Assembly: GCA_048940445.1 (NCBI GenBank)
Contig: JBHLON010000003.1
Coordinates: 50,626-114,625, forward strand
Length of the DNA: 64,000 nucleotides
Source of the DNA: Promethearchaeota archaeon
GTDB lineage: Archaea; Asgardarchaeota; Lokiarchaeia; Sigyniarchaeales; SOKP01
Reading direction: 5' to 3'
Of the stretch, positions 10,239 through 18,721 are shown one piece after another. The notes beneath the pieces are model-generated. The model was not told the origin of the DNA. It searched no databases and saw only the letters and a list, made by a program, of their open reading frames with translations. The position numbers and the translations under genes were made by a program. How positions within the stretch are numbered: position 1 is the stretch's first letter; every line of letters starts with the position of its first letter.

Positions 10239-11258
10239 ATGAGTATGATAAAATATATTATTAGAAGATTGCTCGCAATTATACCAGTACTCTTTGGTGT
10301 ACTGACATTAACATTTATTTTATCAAGATTTATGCCCGGGGATCCTGTTCTCGCATATTTACCGGAAGGTCATGTAAATCCTGAACAGTACAGACGGGTG
10401 ATGCATTTACTAGGATTAGATCAACCCCTCTATATACAATATTTTCGGTATCTTGGTGATTTATTTACGGGGAATTGGGGTATTTCTGTCTCGATTGTGC
10501 GAGGGATGCCAGTTTGGGATTTAATTATGGTCAGTTTACCTCGAACCGTTGATATTGCTATTTTATCCATTATTATAGCTGCGTTTGTGGGTATAAAAAC
10601 AGGAGTCATTTCTGCAAAACATCGAAATAAAGCAAAGGACACCATCTTCAGAGGCATGTCATTAATTGGGGTCGCTGTCCCGGTTTTCTTTCTTGGTATG
10701 TTATTACAATATATTTTGGGTTACATCTGGCCTATTTTTCCGACAACTGGATTTAAGACATATAGTTATCCTGATCCCAACTTTGTCACTGGATTCAGGT
10801 GGATCGATGCGTTAATTTCTGGTAAAATTTATATGGTGTCTGACTATTTTTATCATTTGATCTTACCCGTGTTTTGCTTATCATTCATCTCATTGGCAGG
10901 AATCGTAAGACAGACGCGATCCAGCATGTTGGAAGTATTAGAGCAGGATTACGTAAGAACTGCAAGGGCAAAAGGCTGTAAAGAGAAGGATGTTATCAAT
11001 ACCCATGCTAGAAAAAATGCTATGATCCCTACCACTACTGTGATTGGCTTGAGTTTTGCTGGTCTTTTATCAGGTGCTGTTCTCACAGAGACAACATTTG
11101 GATTAAATGGAATAGGTCAATTGCTTATTCAATCCATTCGTAATTCAGATTATTGGGTGCTCAATGGATTAGTCTTTTTCTTCTCGATAATATTTGTTAT
11201 TATCAATTTAATCACAGATTTAATCTATGGGATGCTAGATCCAAGGATTCGATATTAA
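10239..11258 (+). CDS. dppB: ABC oligopeptide/dipeptide permease DppB/OppB
   Basis: PGDP, RSSMLEVLEQDYVRTARAKG EAA loop, C-terminal LDPRIRY. Confidence 0.93.
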   Translation: MSMIKYIIRRLLAIIPVLFGVLTLTFILSRFMPGDPVLAYLPEGHVNPEQYRRVMHLLGLDQPLYIQYFRYLGDLFTGNWGISVSIVRGMPVWDLIMVSLPRTVDIAILSIIIAAFVGIKTGVISAKHRNKAKDTIFRGMSLIGVAVPVFFLGMLLQYILGYIWPIFPTTGFKTYSYPDPNFVTGFRWIDALISGKIYMVSDYFYHLILPVFCLSFISLAGIVRQTRSSMLEVLEQDYVRTARAKGCKEKDVINTHARKNAMIPTTTVIGLSFAGLLSGAVLTETTFGLNGIGQLLIQSIRNSDYWVLNGLVFFFSIIFVIINLITDLIYGMLDPRIRY

Positions 11259-11311
11259 AGTAATTAAGGAGGGTGATTTTTGCGAAAAGAAGAAGTATAT
11301 AAAATCCAATT

Positions 11312-11350
11312 GGGAAAAAAGAGACAAAAAATTCTTGTCTCTTATTTCCC
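11312..11350 (+). terminator. Strong hairpin downstream of dppB (terminator-like)
   Basis: GGGAAAAAAGAGACAA-7nt-TTGTCTCTTATTTCCC inverted repeat with a single mismatch. Confidence 0.5.
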
Positions 11351-11572
11351 TCCTTACATTTTATTACATCAACCTTCTAAAACCTTAAAAATAATCTTTT
11401 AGATACTCCCCAATTATTTTTAAAAAAATCTTAACTCCTCCAACCCATCTATTTATATTATATAGAAGGTGCCCAAATTTTTATTAATAACTTTGAATAA
11501 CATATATCTTAGTTCAATTTTTTAAGAATTGAATTCCATCAGCAAAAATAGAGTAAATATGAGGAGGGAGAT

Positions 11573-12106
11573 ATGAAAGCTGGAAAGCTTCTTACAATCA
11601 TTGCAGCAAGTATTGCAGTTGTAAGTATTCTTTTAGGATTGATTGCACCTCAATATTTTGGTTGGTATAGGATAGAAGGCTATACTGGAGATTCATTAGT
11701 AGTTGGACTCTATACTACTGGTTTTGGTACAATAGTCACAATGCCACCGGGTTATGTACCTTTTCAAATTATGAATCTAACACTAGTATCAGGAATAGTA
11801 TTAATAATTGGAGCTATTCTCTGTATTAATGGAGCATTAGTAGAAAAAAGAACTCTAATTAATATTGGAGGAATCTTAATAATTATAACACCTTTACTTT
11901 CTTTAATAGATGTCCAACTGGTTTCTGGGAATTTTTATATCAATGTTTTAGATATATTGGGAGGACCCGAATTTGGCACATTAATCTGGGGCAGCTATAC
12001 AATAGGACCGGGCTCCGTTCTTATTTGGGGTATTTGGATTGGTGCTTTCATAGCATTTGGAGCTGGAATCTTAGCATTAGTAGGTGCAGGCTTAAAATTA
12101 AAATAA
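11573..12106 (+). CDS. Hypothetical membrane protein
   Basis: GAGGAGGG SD before the ATG; 4 hydrophobic Gly-rich segments. Confidence 0.75.
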   Translation: MKAGKLLTIIAASIAVVSILLGLIAPQYFGWYRIEGYTGDSLVVGLYTTGFGTIVTMPPGYVPFQIMNLTLVSGIVLIIGAILCINGALVEKRTLINIGGILIIITPLLSLIDVQLVSGNFYINVLDILGGPEFGTLIWGSYTIGPGSVLIWGIWIGAFIAFGAGILALVGAGLKLK

Positions 12107-12370
12107 AATTCTTTTTTTTCTTTTAATGAAAATAGTTTTTAATTTTTAAAATAAGATAAAAATTTATAGGCTTTAGAGCTAGACTCTTTATTTTCTTCTT
12201 ATTTTTTATTACACCAACTTTTTAAATCTAAAATCTATTCCCCTTTTTAACCTAAAAATAATAATAAATCTTTATAAAAATCATTGATTTTTCTCTTTAA
12301 TAGAACAAATGTAATTTTAAACCAAAAGGTTTAATCTAACATTAATAGAGTAGAATATAGGAAATCAACT

Positions 12371-14152
12371 ATGAGCAACTTAATAATTAAAAATGGATTT
12401 GTATATGACCCGCTCAATAAAATCGACGGCGAAAAGAAAGATATCTACATTAAAGATGGACTCATTGCCGAAAAAGTTAATACCGACGCAAAAGTAATCG
12501 ATGCTTCTGGAATGGTAGTGATGCCGGGTGGTGTTGATATGCATACCCACATCGCTGGACCCAAAGTCAACATTGGACGAGCTCTACGACCCGAAGATAA
12601 AGTCCCTGAATCAAACCTAAAGAAAACTAAGACTACACGATCTGGAACAGGTTTTAGCGTGCTCAGTACATGGTATACCGGTTATAAGTACGCCCAAATG
12701 GGCTATACTACAGCTGTTGAACCTGCAATGCCACTTCTCGAAGCTCGACACACCCATGAAGAATTCCTTGAAATTCCAATCATCGATAAAGCTGCCTTAC
12801 CCATATACGGAAATAATTGGTTCGTCCTGAAATATATACGCGACAATGATATTGATAAACTCACTGCTTACGTGAATTGGATACTCCAAGCAACCAAAGG
12901 ATATGCCATTAAAATCGTAAATCCCGGAGGGGTAGAAAACTGGGCATGGGGAAATGTGTGGCTTTTTATAGTCTGCACCCTAGAAAATTGTGAAAGTTTA
13001 GATGACCTAGTTTTCCATTGGAGCGTAACGCCTCGAAAGATTATTGAAAGTTTGGCAAAGGTTGCTGAGATTTTGAAACTGCCACATTCAATCCATGTTC
13101 ATTGTAATAATTTAGGGCATCCAGGAAACTTCAAGCATTCCCTTGAGACATTTAAAGTTTGCGAGAGCATAAAAGCTAATAATGGTCGAAAAACAAGTCT
13201 TCATGTAACCCATTGTCAATTTAATGCATACGGTGGTACAAATTGGAATGATTTCACCTCTGGAGCCGGTGAGATTGCCGAATACGTAAATGCACATAAG
13301 CATCTTACCATTGATTGCGGTCAAGTAGTATTTACTAAATATGCAACCACTACGATGACTGGAGACGGACCATGGGTCACAGATGAGTATCTTGTCTGTG
13401 CATGAAAGTTCGCGCTCCATCATTTAGGTGGGTATTCCAGCTGGGGTTCAAAGCCAGGCATTAAGTGGGTCAACGGGCAAGTAGAGGCAGAGTCAGGTTC
13501 GGGTATCGTGCCCTATTTTTTTGATCCTAAAAATAGTGTGAATGCGGTTCAATGGGCGATAGGTCTGGAGTTGATGCTTCTGATAAAGGATCCGTTTCAA
13601 ATTGGCTTTTCCACTGATCATCCAAACGGAGCGCCCTTTACCACTTATCCGATGGCGTTCAAATGGTTGATGGATCGAAAAAGTCGAGACGAGATGCTCA
13701 AGAATTCGGTCCATAAGAAGGCAAGTACAGCATCGACTTTATCTGATCTTGATAGAGAATTATCGCTCTACGAGCTTGCAATTGTCACACGAGCCGGTAC
13801 TTCGAAGATTCTTGGGATGAGGGATCGCGGTCATCTGGGTGTGGGAGCTCTTGGAGACGTTTCGGTATATAAATTAAACCCAAATAACTATACGGGACAT
13901 GATATTGAGAAGGCGTTTAGTTCGACAGCATACACAATTAAAGAAGGCACAATCGTGGTAAAGGATGGGGAAATCACGGCAGCTCCAATGGGAACTTTAC
14001 TGCGTGCTGAAGGCACACTAAAGGAGAATCTTATGGAGGAGATGCTTGATGACGTGCGCCATAGCTGGAGAGACCATTATAGCATAAACTTCAATAACTA
14101 TGCGGTTCAGGATGCTTACGCACCAAAAGAGAAAGTATTCAGAGGAAATTAA
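12371..14152 (+). CDS. fwdA: Formylmethanofuran dehydrogenase subunit A; join(12371..12953,12984..13376,13407..14152), 573 aa after removing two 30-nt introns
   Basis: PGGVDMHTHIAGPKVN, IKIVNPGG, LPHSIHVHCNNLG, HVTHCQF, TTMTGDGP, STDHPNGAPF. ORFs 12371 and 13508 are the same frame, separated by one TGA lying inside an insertion. Confidence 0.95.
12954..12983 (+). other. Putative 30-nt BHB-type mRNA intron 1 in fwdA
   Basis: GGGG-AA^A-TGTG...TGCA-CCCT-AG^A; excision turns WG-NVWLFIVCTLE-NC into WGKNC; outer exon helix is weak. Confidence 0.8.
13377..13406 (+). other. Putative 30-nt BHB mRNA intron 2 in fwdA (contains in-frame TGA)
   Basis: GGAC-CATG-GG^T-CACAGATGAG-tat-CTTGTCTGTG-CATG-AA^A-GTTC is a full BHB; excision gives GPWEFALHHL. 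Confidence 0.92.
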
Positions 14153-14161
14153 TTTTTTCTT

Positions 14162-15982
14162 TTATTTTTTTCTATTTAGGAATTCAACTTTATTATTTGT
14201 TTTCCAATATCCATTCGGTGGCATCTTAATATTCCATTCGCTTCTTAATTTGTGAAATGTACTTTTTGATGTAGAAAAGCGATCAACCAATTCATAATTA
14301 CGATATTGATATACTAGATCTTGAAGCTCTTGTTTATTGATACCCAAGTTTTTAAGTTTCATCTTTAAGTTTTCAAATGCTACACGTGATTCCGAAAAAT
14401 GTTTATCTTTTCTTTCTAATACTTTAATGTTTGATTTTTTACATAGATTTGTCATTTTATTAAAATATTTTGCCCCAACAAATAAAGAATATTGAGCTTG
14501 TTGCAAGTGTATCTTTCCACTTTTATCTTTATAGTATTTTGATTCAATAGTTCTTAAAATTGAATTATCTACATTCAATGCATGTTTCATTCTAACTAAG
14601 AATTGTTTGGAGGTAGAACAGATACGGGTAGTTCCACTAAATCCATCTCCATCATAATAACCTCGGATATAACCCATTAATAATTCTTTTTTTGAATTCA
14701 TATTAACTCCTTTTGGAATATCTTGTTTATAAAATTTTGGTAGTGATTTTCTTTTTGCCTTTGAAGAGCTGAAACCTTGTAATTCCAGATCTTTAGCAAT
14801 TTTATTATTTACAAAATTTAAATAAGCGTAATTATGGGATTTTCCCGTTTTATAATGATTTCTGGTTCTATATCTGATACGATTTTTATCTATTCCTATG
14901 TCTTGACATAATCTTTTTATTAGGACATCATCTTTTTTTGATAATTCTATGAAGATAACTTTCTTAGGAGTTTTTCTTTTGGTTTTAATTCCATTTTTGT
15001 AATAATGTTTCTTAGTCATAACACTTCCATCAGCCATCAAAAATCCGAGCCAATAAGCTTTTTGAAGAGTATTGATTTTGTTAAAATAGTTTATTTTCAA
15101 GTTGGGTTTATGCAAGTGCCATTGTTGGCAAGACTTATCTTTTAAGTCAGTATGGTGGCTAACATAACTGTTAATATGATTAACAAGGTTTTTAGCTTTC
15201 TCATTTGGAAAGTTAGATTGTATATTTTTTATGAATCTATTCAGAATTTCTTTAGAGAATTTATATATTGGATTATATAGTTTAGAATTTGGATTAAATC
15301 TTGGCATTATAGCTTGTTGGATGTAATCATATCCTTTCTTGCTGTTGATGTCATAAATATATTTGCTTAATTTCCAGTAAGATAATTCATCACGGTATTT
15401 TTCGTTTGGGACGAGTTTTCCGACTTCTTTTCGTAGTTTTTCGACGAGCCATAAGGTTGAGTACTTGGGGAGTATATTTCCTTGTTTATCTTTTATGATA
15501 TCGTTATTATGTTGTTTTGTAGAGGAGGGTTGTTTTATTTCATTATTTTTGGAGAATTTTTTATAGAGAAGGGCATCTTTGGGGTTAATAATTTTATTTT
15601 TTGATTTAATATTGTTGGTTAGCTGTGGTGGTTGGATTTTGTTGAAACTTGGATGTTTAAGTTCGGATTTGTTCTTGGAAGGTTTGTTGGGAGAGATTAA
15701 GATTCCTTTGGGTATTTTTAGTTTGGGGATACCTTTTGGATCAAGCCCCCAGCATTTGGGAGGTGGGGATATATCATTAATTTTGGGGTTGAGAATATCT
15801 TCTGGTGAGACTATTCTTGGATCAAGAATTTTGTTGTACTGAGGCGTGGTATAAGAACCAGATGGGTATTTAGGATGAGTTATTTTATTATGGGGGGTGT
15901 CTTCCTCCTGGATTTCAGGGTTGTGGAGTTCTTCTTTGATATCTTTTTTCGGGGATTGTGATTTACATTTACATTTTTCCAT
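14162..15982 (-). CDS. Free-standing LAGLIDADG homing-endonuclease-family protein with long low-complexity N-terminus
   Basis: Two motifs, AYWLGFLMADGSV and YIRGYYDGDGF; C-terminal IKMPPNGYW. Confidence 0.85.
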   Translation of the reverse strand: MEKCKCKSQSPKKDIKEELHNPEIQEEDTPHNKITHPKYPSGSYTTPQYNKILDPRIVSPEDILNPKINDISPPPKCWGLDPKGIPKLKIPKGILISPNKPSKNKSELKHPSFNKIQPPQLTNNIKSKNKIINPKDALLYKKFSKNNEIKQPSSTKQHNNDIIKDKQGNILPKYSTLWLVEKLRKEVGKLVPNEKYRDELSYWKLSKYIYDINSKKGYDYIQQAIMPRFNPNSKLYNPIYKFSKEILNRFIKNIQSNFPNEKAKNLVNHINSYVSHHTDLKDKSCQQWHLHKPNLKINYFNKINTLQKAYWLGFLMADGSVMTKKHYYKNGIKTKRKTPKKVIFIELSKKDDVLIKRLCQDIGIDKNRIRYRTRNHYKTGKSHNYAYLNFVNNKIAKDLELQGFSSSKAKRKSLPKFYKQDIPKGVNMNSKKELLMGYIRGYYDGDGFSGTTRICSTSKQFLVRMKHALNVDNSILRTIESKYYKDKSGKIHLQQAQYSLFVGAKYFNKMTNLCKKSNIKVLERKDKHFSESRVAFENLKMKLKNLGINKQELQDLVYQYRNYELVDRFSTSKSTFHKLRSEWNIKMPPNGYWKTNNKVEFLNRKK

Positions 15983-16128
15983 TTTAATTATTTATTGTGA
16001 TAATTATTCTTGAGAGTTGATTAGGAGTAGATCTATTTAAATGAAAAATCGTGAAATGAGGATAGAGAATATTTAATAGTGATACCATCATTTTGAAATA
16101 TGTTAGCCGATATGGTAAATCTTTTTAG

Positions 16129-17037
16129 GTGGTTGTTGTCGGTTTGATTTTAAATATGATTGTCTTAATTTCATCATCTATTTATATTATATTTTTATTT
16201 TGGAAAAAAACCAGTACAAAGAACCAGAAACGAGGAAAGTATGATCTTTTTATAAAGAAACTCCAAAAGAAACTAATATATAGACCAGATAGTCATATTC
16301 TATGGGATAATTTAGGTCTTGCTTATTATGTGAGCGGAGAATTAAATCTTGCGTGTGATGCTTATAAAAAAGCTCTTGAGACTAGCGAAGATTCAAGGTC
16401 TGCTTTACTAGGGATAAGTGATGTTTATGTGGCAATGGAGGAATTTGAATTAGCTTTAGAGTTTTGCTATCAAGCTTTTAAGGGTAAAGCGGAGATGAAG
16501 ATTGATGCAACTACAATGGATATGATGGAGCAAGCATTAGTAAAACCTTATATAGGAGATGAACATATTTGGCATACTCTTAGTTCCATTTATGCGAAGA
16601 TGGAAGATTATGAACAAGCAATCACTGCAGCGGAAAAAGCCTTAGAGATTAATCCTAAATTAAAAGAATCCTGGTTAATATTAGCATCAATCTATAACAA
16701 TATTGGTGAACATGATAAAGCTATCGATGCTGCTGAAAAGGCATTAGAGATTGATGCTAAGGAGTATCTTGCATTGGGGCATAAGGGGTATGCTTATTAT
16801 AAAAAAGGAAATAAAGACTCGGCATTTGAATTATTGAATAAAGCAATCTCTCTCAATCCGAAATCTGCACATCTTTGGTATCTATCAGCTGTAATCAATT
16901 TAAACATGAAAAATTATGATAAGGCTCTTGAGGCTGTTGATATTAGTTTACATTACAGATCTCATGACAAAGTAATACAGAAACTTCGAAAGGAAATTAT
17001 TGATTTAAGATTGAAAGATTTGGCGAGCAAGGCTTAA
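16129..17037 (+). CDS. Membrane-anchored TPR protein
   Basis: N-terminal TM, then repeats such as W.NLG.AY and A..A.EKALEINP. Confidence 0.88.
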   Translation: MVVVGLILNMIVLISSSIYIIFLFWKKTSTKNQKRGKYDLFIKKLQKKLIYRPDSHILWDNLGLAYYVSGELNLACDAYKKALETSEDSRSALLGISDVYVAMEEFELALEFCYQAFKGKAEMKIDATTMDMMEQALVKPYIGDEHIWHTLSSIYAKMEDYEQAITAAEKALEINPKLKESWLILASIYNNIGEHDKAIDAAEKALEIDAKEYLALGHKGYAYYKKGNKDSAFELLNKAISLNPKSAHLWYLSAVINLNMKNYDKALEAVDISLHYRSHDKVIQKLRKEIIDLRLKDLASKA

Positions 17038-17284
17038 CAACTTGTTTAAAGCGGACTATCTAAGATTTTAGTAATATATTCTTCTCTGGTGGCACTATTG
17101 AAAAGTAAGGCATATTACTTTTTTGATTTTTAGAATAATTTAGTTCATTTTCATAGAGAGTATCGTAACATTTGTTTGGTCATGTCCTAAACCTAATAAT
17201 CAAAGGTTTTTTGTATTCGAAATGTTTTAAATTAAAAGTAAAATTTCAACCTAATAGAATACTAGAAAGAATTTTAATTTTAAA

Positions 17285-18559
17285 ATGGTAAGAGAACGTA
17301 TATTTTGGCAACTTTTTGGTAAACGATTAGTGAGTTATAAAGAACTTGAGAATGGGGAAATAGTAGGTACTGGATTTTTAAACCCAATTATAGATAGATT
17401 TCGCCTAATAATTATGCTTATTTTTCAGACTAACTATTATAAAAATTATAACTTGGGTCAATGGCGTGGAAAAAGAGTCGCAAATACATTTTCCCCCCCA
17501 ATAGGCAGTCGAGCTATGTTCCGAGCTATAAAGAACGTGATTAGAGGAAAAATATTAAGACATGCTCGACCGATTGCTATGACATTTGCAGTTACGTATA
17601 AATGCCAATGCAATTGTGTCCATTGTAGTGCAGGGAAGTTTCAAAAAGTAAACATTCCTGAATTAAGTACAGAGGAGGCAAAAAGGGTAATTGAAGAAAG
17701 CCAAAAGCTTGGAGTATCAATCATAGCTTTTACAGGTGGCGAACCTTTATTACGTAAAGATATTTTTGAGTTGATCTCACATGTCAATCAAAAAAAGACA
17801 GTTCCGATACTATTTACTAATGGCTTACTTCTTACTCAAGAGAATGTAGATAAATTATCTAAAGCAGGATTATACTCCCTCTTTGTAAGCATAGATAGTC
17901 CAGTTCCAGATGAACATAATAAATTAAGAGGTATGATTGGTCTTTTTGAAACAGCTATAGAAGGAATTAAACGCGCGAAAGAGATAGGTATATTTGTTGG
18001 ATTTTCATCCTATGCTACGCAATCATCTACTAAAGCAGGAAAGTATAAAGAAATTCATGAACTCGCAAAAAAATTGGGATTACATAATGTGATGTTATTT
18101 GATGGTGTTCCAACTGGAAAAATCTTGAAAGATACAAGAGAACTTCTAACAGTGGAGCAACATGAAGAAATTCGTGAATTTTCATCAAGATTACATAAAA
18201 GTAAAATTGTTCCCCCGCTCTCTTCACAATCTTGGCAAAATTCTATTGAATCTTATCTTGCAGGTGTTGGATGTTTAGCAGCATATATTCAATACTATAT
18301 CACAGCATATGGGGAGGTAACTCCATGTGACTTTACTCCTTTATCATTTGGTAATATTCGTGATGAACCTTTAAAGAAAATTTGGATAAAGATGATCCAT
18401 CATCCCGTTTATAGACATCGAGTAACTGCTTGTAGAATGCAGAATGCAAAATTTCGCTACTTTTATATTGATCCAATTCCTGATGAGGTTAAACTTCCAT
18501 ATGATATCAATAAACTTCCAGCGGTAGATTACCGAAAAGAACAAATTCCTAATAATTAA
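17285..18559 (+). CDS. Radical SAM/SPASM-domain protein
   Basis: CQCNCVHC (CxxxCxxC), FTGGEPLL, C-terminal GCLA...GEVTPCDF. Confidence 0.92.
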   Translation: MVRERIFWQLFGKRLVSYKELENGEIVGTGFLNPIIDRFRLIIMLIFQTNYYKNYNLGQWRGKRVANTFSPPIGSRAMFRAIKNVIRGKILRHARPIAMTFAVTYKCQCNCVHCSAGKFQKVNIPELSTEEAKRVIEESQKLGVSIIAFTGGEPLLRKDIFELISHVNQKKTVPILFTNGLLLTQENVDKLSKAGLYSLFVSIDSPVPDEHNKLRGMIGLFETAIEGIKRAKEIGIFVGFSSYATQSSTKAGKYKEIHELAKKLGLHNVMLFDGVPTGKILKDTRELLTVEQHEEIREFSSRLHKSKIVPPLSSQSWQNSIESYLAGVGCLAAYIQYYITAYGEVTPCDFTPLSFGNIRDEPLKKIWIKMIHHPVYRHRVTACRMQNAKFRYFYIDPIPDEVKLPYDINKLPAVDYRKEQIPNN

Positions 18560-18603
18560 TTATATTACTTAAAAATCAAGGTTAATTATCAAAATACAAT
18601 TTA
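18466..18603 (+). repeat. Direct repeat copy A (3' end of radical SAM gene plus downstream sequence)
   Basis: Core ATCAATAAACTTCCAGyGGTAGATTACCGAAAAGAA recurs at ~21340-21477. Confidence 0.85.
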
Positions 18604-18721
18604 CACATGATAAGCACAAATCCTAAAAAACTTTAAATGCAAATATCTTTAATTTCAATTTTTATTTGATTAATTTTATTTTTTTAAAAGAAAAATGGGA
18701 ACAAAAAAAAATAAATAATGA

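Noticed and set aside
13403-13405. In-frame TGA in fwdA read as selenocysteine, or as a pseudogene/sequencing error
   Set aside because: Sec is known in FwdB-type subunits, not at this FwdA position. The TGA lies in a 10-codon insert whose BHB excision restores the motif, and the rest of the gene is intact.
14162-15982. LAGLIDADG ORF as an intein or intron-encoded endonuclease
   Set aside because: No host gene flanks it on its strand and no intein C/S...HN termini are visible; it is free-standing.
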